Of a stretch of 64,000 bases of DNA, positions 1 to 8,751 are shown piece by piece. Position 1 is the first letter of the stretch; each line of letters starts with the position of its first letter. The translations under genes were made by a program, and so were the position numbers. The stretch is from positions 4,108 to 68,107 of the forward strand of contig CAMCAW010000001.1 of the NCBI GenBank assembly GCA_945872855.1, written 5' to 3'. The DNA comes from Rickettsia typhi (lineage in GTDB: Bacteria > Pseudomonadota > Alphaproteobacteria > Rickettsiales > UBA1997). The notes under the pieces were generated by a model. The model was not told the origin of the DNA. It saw only the letters and a list, made by a program, of their open reading frames with translations, and ran no database searches.

Positions 1-944
1 TTAACTCTCTTGGTAAAAAATATTCAACTCTTCAAGATTTAATGTTTAATTCAAAGCTAACCGCTAAAGAATTAACCCCTGACTCAAAAGAACTCATCGC
101 TTATGATGGAAAAACTTTAGACCAAAATTCTGATGCAAAAAATGCTCAAGGTTTTTACGATAGAGAAACAGACACTTCTGCAATCAACATAGCCAAAAAC
201 CAATCGAATGCAGAAGTAGCAGGATCGTTATCGCATGAGAATTATCACGCTCAGGTTGATAATCAGGGAATGGCTTATTCGCAAGCTGAGGAGAATACGG
301 CGCATAATATTGGCGACTTCACAAAAAGCAGGTGGGATGTTTATCAGTCGGATAATACTGGTTTTCAGTTGACGCTTCCGACTGCGAATATTGCAACTAA
401 TTTTTATGCTAATAATGTTGCTTTTGGAGATGAAGTTAACCCTTTATTAGCAAATAAAATATTAAATGATAGTTTAAGATCTTCACCTTTTACTGAATCT
501 AGAATGCATCCTACTTTGGGCGTAGCAAGAGCTCATAAAGGTGGAGATTATTATACTTTAGGTAAAGATATATCTGTTCCAGCAGCTGGCGATGGAAATG
601 TAATAAAAGTTGGTTTTGATGAAACAATAAAGCGTGGGGAAGACGGTAAGGTTGTAAAAAGTGGTTGGGGAAATTATGTTACTATTCAGCACTATGATGA
701 AAATGACACTCCAACTTATCAAAGTCGTTATGCACACTTAGCGCAAAAGCCGAATCTTGAAGAAGGTAAGCCAATTAAAGAAGGGCAAGTGTTTGGAATT
801 ATGGGTGCAACCGGCGGTGTAAAAGGAGCGCATTTACACTATGAGGTTCTAAAACCCGCCTCTAAAGCTGGATCATGGATTCAAATCAATCCCGAAACAG
901 TAAATGTAGGAAAATATAATACTCGTGACGAAATACCAAAATAA
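1..944 (+). CDS. 3' part of a larger exported protein (open to the left window edge) ending in a peptidase M23 (LytM-type) domain; possible TpsA / polymorphic-toxin C-terminus
   Basis: Frame 3 has no stop between nt 3 and the listed ATG at 42, so the ORF enters from upstream. M23 zinc-ligand motifs are present in canonical order: HxxxD (H-KGG-D, nt 534-548) and HxH (HLHYE, nt 831-845). An HExxH string (HENYH, nt 234-248) lies upstream. Confidence 0.7.
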   Translation, partial: NSLGKKYSTLQDLMFNSKLTAKELTPDSKELIAYDGKTLDQNSDAKNAQGFYDRETDTSAINIAKNQSNAEVAGSLSHENYHAQVDNQGMAYSQAEENTAHNIGDFTKSRWDVYQSDNTGFQLTLPTANIATNFYANNVAFGDEVNPLLANKILNDSLRSSPFTESRMHPTLGVARAHKGGDYYTLGKDISVPAAGDGNVIKVGFDETIKRGEDGKVVKSGWGNYVTIQHYDENDTPTYQSRYAHLAQKPNLEEGKPIKEGQVFGIMGATGGVKGAHLHYEVLKPASKAGSWIQINPETVNVGKYNTRDEIPK

Positions 945-951
945 AAAAACA

Positions 952-1524
952 ATGAAAAACGTCTATAGATTATTCTTTTTAATTAACATTTTTTTAATTT
1001 TAACTGCATTCTCAGGCCTCAATAAAACTAGGTTAAAGCATGGAAATAATTTATATGAAATTCAGTATCCAGCTAATTGGGAAGTAGTTAAAAAAACATT
1101 GGTTAAAAATCATACTGATTATGAAATTGATAACAAGAATTTATCTAAAGAAAATAATATTAATCTTACAGATCTAAGTTTTAGGAATACGGACAAGGGA
1201 AGCCAAGCTGGAATAGTTAGTTTAGGAGATATAGATATATATTTCATAGAAAAAAAACCTAAAGAATCGTGTTCTTCTTTTTATCAAAAAAATAAAGAGA
1301 TTTCTCAATTTTATAAGAAAGATAAACAACTAGTTAATGGTAAAAAAATGGAAAAATGGATTAAAGAAAGTGAAGAAAAAAATTTAAAAATCTTTTTTAG
1401 CGTAAATGATACAAACTGTGTACTTTTCGAGCTTATCTCTGCTACTAGTAGTGCTGAAGAATTTAAAAAAATACAAAATGATTTTTATAAGATCATTAAT
1501 TCATTTCATATGATAAAAAATTAG
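952..1524 (+). CDS. hypothetical exported protein; candidate immunity/partner of the upstream M23 domain
   Basis: The ATG at 952 lies 8 nt after the upstream stop. The track start at 925 is a GTG overlapping the upstream gene. The N-terminus MKNVYRLFFLINIFLILTAFSG looks like a Sec signal or anchor. No family recognised. Very AT-rich. Confidence 0.45.
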   Translation: MKNVYRLFFLINIFLILTAFSGLNKTRLKHGNNLYEIQYPANWEVVKKTLVKNHTDYEIDNKNLSKENNINLTDLSFRNTDKGSQAGIVSLGDIDIYFIEKKPKESCSSFYQKNKEISQFYKKDKQLVNGKKMEKWIKESEEKNLKIFFSVNDTNCVLFELISATSSAEEFKKIQNDFYKIINSFHMIKN

Positions 1525-1644
1525 ATCAAAAACGTCACTAGAGAACTGCGAAAGGAGGCTTTAGTTTTGATTCAACTTCTCTCAACTTAAGGTGACCAAT
1601 AGAAAGTCATTCTGGGCTACATTCTGCACCAATTTGGAATCAAT

Positions 1645-2040
1645 ATGTTAAACCAAATTTACAATAATTATGCATATAAATTCATGAAAAAGTTTCTTAA
1701 ACAAAATTACGCATTACTCATAGTGCTTTCAATAACAATAGTTCTCACTGTTTTATCGAAAATCAATACTGCACTGGCTCTTGTCAATATATTTTTTGTA
1801 ATGTTGCAAATTTTTCTTTGGTGGAAAAGTAGCTTATATCGCAATATTTATATTAATTTTTTTATAATCTTATTTGCAGTTTTTGTATCCCTAATTTTTA
1901 TAGGATACGGCTTCGGCTCAGAAGAAAATGCTTTTAATTTTTTAATACCCTGTTTTTTCTTTTTATTGTTTCAAAGTATAATTTGGATATGGGTTAGTAT
2001 GGGTTTTTTAAGAAATTTATATACTTCTAAAATTAAATAA
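1645..2040 (+). CDS. small polytopic membrane protein, unknown function
   Basis: 131 aa with 3-4 hydrophobic helices (LLIVLSITIVLTVL, LALVNIFFVMLQIFLWW, FFIILFAVFVSLIFIGYGF, LIPCFFFLLFQSIIWIWV). No family recognised. Confidence 0.45.
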   Translation: MLNQIYNNYAYKFMKKFLKQNYALLIVLSITIVLTVLSKINTALALVNIFFVMLQIFLWWKSSLYRNIYINFFIILFAVFVSLIFIGYGFGSEENAFNFLIPCFFFLLFQSIIWIWVSMGFLRNLYTSKIK

Positions 2041-2178
2041 ATCCTTATGAGCAAAATATATAGTGCGCCCCAAAATTCAGACCAAAACCCCACAAAAAAT
2101 AATTTTTATTAAACTTCAGCAATAACCTGATACTGTCTTCAATGAATGATTTTTGAGGAGAATAAATAATGAACTATT

Positions 2179-2838
2179 ATGAATAAGTCATCGAATTTTT
2201 CTGTTAAAGGGGCACTACAAGAATATCTTACATTAATGCATGAAGTAGTGATTCGTCTTGAGCTAGCTTCAGAAGCATGTTATGGAAGACTTAACTTAAC
2301 CCCCATTTATGCTAGGGAATTTTGCTACTTACAGTTTAGATATATATGTGAACTGATAGCGCTAGGTTGCTTACAGCTTCATGGTGACTTGCCTATATCT
2401 CCTAAAAAATCTAAAAAGGAATGGCACGCCGAAAAAATAATGAATCAATTGCACAATGAATATCCGTATGCCTTTCCACAGAGTGTTACACGTCAATTTG
2501 GTGAAATAAACAGTATTATAGCAAATTCAAAGCCTAATGCGCTTACTAGAGAAGATTTTGAAAAGTTATATAAGGAATGTGGCGAAGTTCTTCACAAAGG
2601 AACAATTAAAAAAGTTAATGCTTCATTCCTAGGTAAAGAACCTGATTATAACAAAGTAATTGATTGGCATCATAAGCTGGTAAACCTAATGAATGAACAT
2701 TTAATAGTAAGATCTAATAAAAGAGAATTTTTTCTTATTTCTCTTAAAACTGAAGCAGGATATCCAGAAGGTAGTATTTGTACGCCTGATTTATCAGGTA
2801 ATCTGAACATAGAAACATTGAAAATGAATCTTGTGTAA
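2179..2838 (+). CDS. hypothetical cytoplasmic protein
   Basis: 219-aa ORF with no signal peptide or TM segment. Co-oriented between the exoprotein and the TpsB gene. No family recognised. Confidence 0.45.
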   Translation: MNKSSNFSVKGALQEYLTLMHEVVIRLELASEACYGRLNLTPIYAREFCYLQFRYICELIALGCLQLHGDLPISPKKSKKEWHAEKIMNQLHNEYPYAFPQSVTRQFGEINSIIANSKPNALTREDFEKLYKECGEVLHKGTIKKVNASFLGKEPDYNKVIDWHHKLVNLMNEHLIVRSNKREFFLISLKTEAGYPEGSICTPDLSGNLNIETLKMNLV

Positions 2839-2880
2839 ATTCAAACAGACATCTCATAATAAAAATCATTTAATATCGCA

Positions 2881-4701
2881 TTGAAAACATCACCTTCACT
2901 AAAAATGCTCCTCTTGGCACTTTCCCTAATGCAAATTACCGTTTGCGGGGCAAAAGCTCAAACCGCAGACCAAAACGCCATCAACCAACAAGATTGGATA
3001 ACGCGCCAACAGCAGAGCAAAATCGAAGAAGACCGCCGCTTGCGAGAGCAAGAAACAATCCGCAAAGAACGCACTCGCAAGAAAAAACAAGTTGAGCAAG
3101 AAGGTAAAAATCAAACCCCAATCTCAGGAAAACCAGCCGAATGCTTCCCAATAAAATCAATCAATCTTGTTGACGCTAGCTCGATTTCAAAACGAGAGCA
3201 GAAAAAACTTGCCACACCATTCATCGGCAAGTGCGTTGAAGCAAAAACTTTAACAGAAATAATCACCGCAATTCAAACTTTTTACAACAACGAAGGATAC
3301 GTAACAGCGCGCGTTTTTGTGCCAAAGCAAAATATTCAAAGCGGCAATTTAGAACTAAAAATTCTAGAAGGAAAAATTGATGAGATCATTGTGGGCGATA
3401 ATAATTTCACCGATAAAATGCAGGAATTTACTGCTTTTGGTTTTATGGAGGGGGATAGGCTGAATCTTGAAGATATAAATCAGGGAATTTATCAGATGAA
3501 CCGCCTTCAATCAAACAGCGCCACCATGAAAATTGAGCCTGCTGCAATTGAGGGCGAAGCCAAAGTTTATATCGCCAACCAAAAGAAATTTCCGGCGCGC
3601 GCAACAGTTGGTTATGATAATTTAGGAAATGAATTTACCGGAATTCACAGAACCAATTTTTCTGGCGGTTTAGATAATTTACTTTTCTTGAATGATGCGA
3701 TAAACCTAAGCTATTCAACGAATCTCAATGATGACAGCCAAGCCAAAGACATAAAATCTTTCACCTCAGGCATCTCAATTCCATTTAGCTATAACACTTT
3801 ATCTTACGATTATTCGAGATCGGAATTTCGCGGCACAAACCAAGGAATTAGCGGGCCAATTCGCTTAACTGGTTTTTCTGAGCGCAACAATGCCACAATC
3901 GATCGCGTTCTTTTAAACAAGGGAAATTTGCGAATTTCAACCAATGCTTCGCTTACTACAAAATCATCGGCCAGCTATTTGAATGGTGAAAAAATTGAAA
4001 CTTCTGAGCGCAAATTAACCATTGGAAATATTGGATTCACTATTTCTAATTACTTCAAAAACGGTGCTAATCTTTATCTCAAGCCTTCTTATTACAAGGG
4101 CCTCAAGCTATTAAACGCCAAGCAAGATGAAACAAATTTAACCAGCGACACGCCAAAAGCGCAGTTCGATTATTTCAAGCTTTACGCCTCAATTTCCAAG
4201 CGATTCACAATTCCTAAAGCCGAAATTCCGTTTACGCTTTCAACGGAAATAGACAGCCAATATTCTAAGCAAACGCTTTTTGGAACAGAGCAGTTTTCGG
4301 TGGGCGGATATTATTCGGTGCGAGGATTTCGTGAAAATTATATCACGGGCGATTCGGGCTATTACTTTCGCAACAAACTTAATTTTAACTTAGGCAGCTT
4401 AGTGCCCACTAGTTGGAAGTTTAAAAAAGAAAATGAAACCGCCGCCATTGGCACAAATTTTCTTTACCTGAATAATTTTGCCATTGAGCCATTTTACGAT
4501 TATGGCTATGTCAAAAATAAATATATAAACAGCGGAGCCAATGGCAGGCTTGCTGGCGCTGGCGTAAAAACCATTTTTAACAGCAGATATTTCAACGCCT
4601 CGCTAACTTATTCTTGGGCAACCGATCATTCTCGCTTGGTCACTTCAACCACAAAAGAAAACAAGCTGGTTTATTTTGAAATTAGCGCGAATTGCTGTTG
4701 A
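2881..4701 (+). CDS. ShlB/FhaC/HecB-family two-partner-secretion outer-membrane transporter (TpsB)
   Basis: Signal peptide, then a charged QQ/RK-rich linker. A POTRA-like block follows: CFPIKSINLVD...LTEIITAIQTFYNNEGYVTARVFVPKQNIQSGNLELKILEGKIDEI. The rest is a long beta-barrel region. Start may be the TTG at 2881 or the ATG at 2905. Confidence 0.9.
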   Translation: MKTSPSLKMLLLALSLMQITVCGAKAQTADQNAINQQDWITRQQQSKIEEDRRLREQETIRKERTRKKKQVEQEGKNQTPISGKPAECFPIKSINLVDASSISKREQKKLATPFIGKCVEAKTLTEIITAIQTFYNNEGYVTARVFVPKQNIQSGNLELKILEGKIDEIIVGDNNFTDKMQEFTAFGFMEGDRLNLEDINQGIYQMNRLQSNSATMKIEPAAIEGEAKVYIANQKKFPARATVGYDNLGNEFTGIHRTNFSGGLDNLLFLNDAINLSYSTNLNDDSQAKDIKSFTSGISIPFSYNTLSYDYSRSEFRGTNQGISGPIRLTGFSERNNATIDRVLLNKGNLRISTNASLTTKSSASYLNGEKIETSERKLTIGNIGFTISNYFKNGANLYLKPSYYKGLKLLNAKQDETNLTSDTPKAQFDYFKLYASISKRFTIPKAEIPFTLSTEIDSQYSKQTLFGTEQFSVGGYYSVRGFRENYITGDSGYYFRNKLNFNLGSLVPTSWKFKKENETAAIGTNFLYLNNFAIEPFYDYGYVKNKYINSGANGRLAGAGVKTIFNSRYFNASLTYSWATDHSRLVTSTTKENKLVYFEISANCC

Positions 4702-4814
4702 GCAAAATTGCTTTCAGAGCTATTCAAACCAGAAAAATCTTTTTGCAAATAACCGTTAAAAATTAAAATTCTCCAACTAGAATTTGCTGCAATATTATCA
4801 ATCCTCTCAAACTT

Positions 4815-5348
4815 ATGGACATCTCAAAAATCTCAATCGGAAAAAACGCGCCGCATCAAGTTAACGTTATTATCGAAGTGCCAATGAACGCCTCCGACCC
4901 CGTAAAATACGAGATGGACAAAGATTCTGGCGCAATTTTCGTCGATCGATTTATCGCAACTCCAATGTATTACCCGTGTAATTATGGCTTCGTGCCGCAC
5001 ACGCTTTCTGATGATGGCGATCCTTGCGACGTGCTTGTGGTATCAGATTTTCCCGTGGTTCCCGGTGCTGTTATTGCCGCAAAACCAGTGGGAGTTTTGA
5101 TTATGGAAGACGAAAAAGGCATGGACGAAAAAATTATTGCCGTGCCTGCGATGAAGCTAAATTCTCAGTTCGAAGCTATCGAATCTTATGAAGAATTGCC
5201 AGAAAATTTAATCGCAAAAATCTCACATTTCTTTGAGCATTATAAAGATTTAGAGAAGGGAAAATGGGTGAAAGTTAAAGGCTTTGAAGGCGCCACAAAG
5301 GCTCGCCAACTGATTGAAGAAGGAATGAAGCGCTTAGAATCAAAGTAG
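4815..5348 (+). CDS. ppa: inorganic pyrophosphatase (family I)
   Basis: 177 aa; DRFIATPMYYPCNYGFVPHTLSDDGDPCDVLV signature region. Confidence 0.95.
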   Translation: MDISKISIGKNAPHQVNVIIEVPMNASDPVKYEMDKDSGAIFVDRFIATPMYYPCNYGFVPHTLSDDGDPCDVLVVSDFPVVPGAVIAAKPVGVLIMEDEKGMDEKIIAVPAMKLNSQFEAIESYEELPENLIAKISHFFEHYKDLEKGKWVKVKGFEGATKARQLIEEGMKRLESK

Positions 5349-5360
5349 AAAATTTGCCAA

Positions 5361-5400
5361 AATCGCGATTAAGATTCAGAGTAATCGTGATTTAGTTTTG
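5361..5400 (+). terminator. putative Rho-independent terminator after ppa
   Basis: aatcgcgatt (5361-5370) pairs with aatcgtgatt (5383-5392), with one G-U pair. A T-rich tract (tagttttg) follows. Confidence 0.45.
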
Positions 5401-5449
5401 AGTTTCAATTGGCTAGCGTTTCGCAAATTAAATTTAATTATTAGGTTTT

Positions 5450-6130
5450 ATGGACAAATCAGTTTCAATAATAAATCTAATATTCCAAGCGGGCCCTGTG
5501 GTGCAGTTTGTGATGCTTTTGCTTTTTGTGGCCTCTCTCTGGTCTTGGGCGATTATTTTTGATAAAATAATGAAGTTCAATTTGCTAAAAACTCGCAGCG
5601 ATAGTTTTGAGCGCGTGTTCGAACAGGCCTTGCTAGAAGATGTTTATGCCGAAGCTAGAAAGAACGATAACCACCCGCTAGCCCGCATATTCATTGCTGG
5701 CATGAAAGAATGGAAAACCAGTAATGTGAAGCAAGTTATCGCCGAGGGCGCCGAAAAAAAATCTTCTCTAAAAGAGAGGTTGAGTGCGGCGATGCAGGTG
5801 GCGTCTAATCGCTCGATGCAAAAGTTAGAATCTGGATTGAATTTTTTGGCGATCATCGGCTCTGCGGCGCCTTTTGTGGGGCTGTTCGGCACGGTTTGGG
5901 GGATTATGAGTTCGTTTCAAGGAATCGCAGTTTCGAAGAACACAAGCCTTGCGGTGGTTGCCCCTGGAATCGCTGAGGCGTTGCTTGCAACGGGCATCGG
6001 CCTATTCGCCGCAATTCCCGCAGTATTTTTTTACAACATATTTTCCAACAAAATCAACCAATTCACAGAACGCGCCAATAATTTTTCGCTGCAATTATTA
6101 AGCGCACTTTCGCGCGAGTTAGATAGATAG
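5450..6130 (+). CDS. tolQ: MotA/TolQ/ExbB proton-channel family protein (TolQ-like)
   Basis: 226 aa, 3 TM segments. C-terminal channel motif GLFGTVWGIMSSF...GIAEALLATGIGLFAAIPAVFFYN. Confidence 0.85.
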   Translation: MDKSVSIINLIFQAGPVVQFVMLLLFVASLWSWAIIFDKIMKFNLLKTRSDSFERVFEQALLEDVYAEARKNDNHPLARIFIAGMKEWKTSNVKQVIAEGAEKKSSLKERLSAAMQVASNRSMQKLESGLNFLAIIGSAAPFVGLFGTVWGIMSSFQGIAVSKNTSLAVVAPGIAEALLATGIGLFAAIPAVFFYNIFSNKINQFTERANNFSLQLLSALSRELDR

Positions 6131-6158
6131 AGCGCCCACAAAATCCGCCAACCAAGGA

Positions 6159-6869
6159 TCATTTAAACAAAAACACCACCCCAGCAAAAAAAGTCATCGC
6201 CCCAATCAATTTCTTGAAGAAGGCCTCGCTAATCCTCAAATGCGCCTTAAATCCAAAATAAATCCCCACAAAAACTGGTATAACTGCCCACCAAATCTGC
6301 CTAAATTGCTCATAATGAATTGCGTCGCTAAGAGTTAACTGCGCAAATCTAATAATATTCAACGTGATGAAAAACGTTGCCATTGTAGTGCGCATCTCAG
6401 ATTTTGTTTGAAATTCGCTCTTCAAAGAGTTGGCAAGAAAAGGCCCGCCAATGCCGAATAATCCTTGTGAAACGCCGCCCAGCAAAAGCAAAAAACTACG
6501 GAAAAGTTTAGGAAATTTTATATTGTCGAAGAAAATTACTTTGGCGGAGAGGATAATTGAAAGGGCGCCGAAGCTTGTCAGTATTGCTTGCGAGTTTACT
6601 TTGGTAAAAATTAAAACCCCGATCATGGTGCCAAGAAGGCAGATGGGTAGGCTTTTGAGGAAGATTTTTTTCGAGAAAGATTTGTGATCAGTGATAACAA
6701 TATAGACGCTGGCGCAAGTGCCAATGTAGAGCGCCGCCAGAATCATCTGCTTAATATCCATAAAAAATCCAACAATGGCATAAGCGATAAGGCTGCCACC
6801 AAAACCAATTATGCTTTCAACAAAAAATCCAAGTGAAAAAGATATTGCGATTAATAGGGATAATGGCAT
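6159..6869 (-). CDS. TauE/SafE (TSUP, DUF81) family membrane transporter
   Basis: 236 aa, polytopic. Paired glycine motifs IIGFGGSLIAY and GLFGIGGPFLAN are typical of the family. Confidence 0.8.
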   Translation of the reverse strand: MPLSLLIAISFSLGFFVESIIGFGGSLIAYAIVGFFMDIKQMILAALYIGTCASVYIVITDHKSFSKKIFLKSLPICLLGTMIGVLIFTKVNSQAILTSFGALSIILSAKVIFFDNIKFPKLFRSFLLLLGGVSQGLFGIGGPFLANSLKSEFQTKSEMRTTMATFFITLNIIRFAQLTLSDAIHYEQFRQIWWAVIPVFVGIYFGFKAHLRISEAFFKKLIGAMTFFAGVVFLFK

Positions 6870-6899
6870 AAATTCAGTTATTATTTTTCTAAAAATTCG

Positions 6900-8117
6900 A
6901 TGAAAAAATATTATTTATTCCTACTTGCATTTTTGCTGCCTGTCGAGTGTTTTGCGGCAGAGCCTTTGCAATATGCTAAAGTGTTAAAAGAGCCACCAGA
7001 GCCAGCATTAAAGGTTGTCGCACAGTTGCGTGCAGAAAATGTTACGAGCGACGATTATCGAGATACTAATCACGCTGATGAATATGTTAATTCTGGCGCG
7101 AAAGTCAATTTTATTTCGAATGCCTTGTTGAATAAAAAATGGTTTTTGGAAGTAAATTTTCGTGCCGAGCAAGTGAAGTCGCAAAGTTCTGCAGAAAAAA
7201 ATTATGGCGGCGAGGGCGCTTATTTGCGTGAGGCGCGGCTTGGTTACAAAGATCGCAACCTCGTGCTATTTGCAGGAAAATTTCGGCCGTTTTTTGGTAT
7301 TGCATGGCGCAACGGGCGCAACAACTGGATGGATTACGCGGCAAATAATCAAGAGCAGTTCGACTATAACAATACGCGTGGCATTTGGAGTGACTATATC
7401 GCCAATAATTATGCACAAACAGAAAAGCTAGGAGTTGGTGGCGTTGTAAGGGCGGGCAATGCTAACACAATTGGGAAATATGAGCTTGGATTGAGTTTTT
7501 TCACCAACGATCGCAAGAATTTCGATAATTCTATCATAAGCAGCAGAATTTCTGCAGCCAAGCAAGACGCGCTTCCGGGCGATACTCGCTCTCTAAAATC
7601 TTATGTTACATCGCTTGATGTTGCTTTTGATTTTGCGCCAGATGAAAAATTATTTTATCGTTTTGCCTATATTAATCTTGCCACGAACAGCCTTGCCGCT
7701 AGCGTGCCGCCGTCTAAAATTGGCGATCAAAAAGGTGTTTCTGCGGCAATAAATTATCAATATCCTTTCTCGCAAAATTTTAATCTGAACGGTTTGGCAG
7801 AATATGTTTCGATGAAAAATGTTGGCGGAAATTCCGATCTTGGTGATCGATATTTTAACGGAAGTTTAGTGGGAAATATTTTTCAAAACTGGAATTTAAC
7901 CACTGCTTACGCTAGTCGCCAGAGTTTTCATCTTGGGCAAAATGGCTTCGATCAAAACATGATGGAAATTTCTGCGGGCTATCGTTTTGATAAAAATGCT
8001 TTCTTTGATAGCCTGCTTATTCAAACCGCTTACCGAAATTTGCGCACAGATTATCACGCAAGTTTAGATAGAAAAAACACAGTCGGAATTTTGGTGCGTT
8101 ACATAAAAAACTTTTGA
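6900..8117 (+). CDS. outer-membrane beta-barrel protein (porin-like), family not recognised
   Basis: Signal peptide MKKYYLFLLAFLLPVECFA. Amphipathic beta-strand-like pattern throughout. C-terminal aromatic terminus ...VRYIKNF. Confidence 0.6.
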   Translation: MKKYYLFLLAFLLPVECFAAEPLQYAKVLKEPPEPALKVVAQLRAENVTSDDYRDTNHADEYVNSGAKVNFISNALLNKKWFLEVNFRAEQVKSQSSAEKNYGGEGAYLREARLGYKDRNLVLFAGKFRPFFGIAWRNGRNNWMDYAANNQEQFDYNNTRGIWSDYIANNYAQTEKLGVGGVVRAGNANTIGKYELGLSFFTNDRKNFDNSIISSRISAAKQDALPGDTRSLKSYVTSLDVAFDFAPDEKLFYRFAYINLATNSLAASVPPSKIGDQKGVSAAINYQYPFSQNFNLNGLAEYVSMKNVGGNSDLGDRYFNGSLVGNIFQNWNLTTAYASRQSFHLGQNGFDQNMMEISAGYRFDKNAFFDSLLIQTAYRNLRTDYHASLDRKNTVGILVRYIKNF

Positions 8118-8118
8118 A

Positions 8119-8751
8119 ATGAAAAAAATTTTATTGGCAATTCCAAAAGGTCGCATTCTTGAAGAATTGATTCCGTTATTCACTAAAAATGGCTTGCAAC
8201 CAGAAAAAGATTTCTTCAACGAAAACTCGCGCAAGCTAGTATTTGCAACGAATTTCAAGAATCTTGAAATTGTAAAAGTGCGCAGTTTCGATGTCGCAAC
8301 TTTTGTAAAATTTGGCGCGGCAGATTTAGGAATTTGCGGCAAAGATGTGCTTGAAGAATTCTCTTCGCAAGAAATTTTCCCTGTGCTAGATTTAGGAATT
8401 GGCAAATGTCGTTTATCGGTGGCGGCGAAAGAATCTTCGCAGTTGAATTTGCAAAATATTAGTCATATTCGCGTTGCTACAAAATATAGTGAAATTGCTA
8501 AAAAATATTTTGCAGAAAATGGTGTGCAGGCTGAAGCCATTAAGCTCAACGGTTCAATAGAGATTGCGCCGCAACTTGGTTTGTGCGATTTTATTTTAGA
8601 TTTAGTGAGTAGTGGAAAAACGTTGGTTGAAAATAACATGGTTGAATTAACAAAAATTATGGATGTAAGCTCTTATTTAATTGTTAATCGCGCGTCGTTT
8701 AAAACTAAAAATGTTGAAGTTAATAAGTTAATCGCGCTATTTAAATCTTAA
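8119..8751 (+). CDS. hisG: ATP phosphoribosyltransferase, short form
   Basis: LAIPKGRILEE..., SFDVATFVKFGAADLGICGKDVLEE, VATKYSEIAKKYF, LNGSIEIAPQLGLCDFILDLVSSGKTLVEN. 210 aa, which is HisG-short length. Confidence 0.92.
   Translation: MKKILLAIPKGRILEELIPLFTKNGLQPEKDFFNENSRKLVFATNFKNLEIVKVRSFDVATFVKFGAADLGICGKDVLEEFSSQEIFPVLDLGIGKCRLSVAAKESSQLNLQNISHIRVATKYSEIAKKYFAENGVQAEAIKLNGSIEIAPQLGLCDFILDLVSSGKTLVENNMVELTKIMDVSSYLIVNRASFKTKNVEVNKLIALFKS

Noticed and set aside
1-944. CDI pre-toxin demarcation motifs (VENN, or Nx(E/Q)LYN of Burkholderia-type systems) ahead of the M23 domain
   Set aside because: I could not find either motif in the visible 314 aa. The nearest string, LQDLMFN, does not fit. 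The CDI analogy therefore rests on gene order only.
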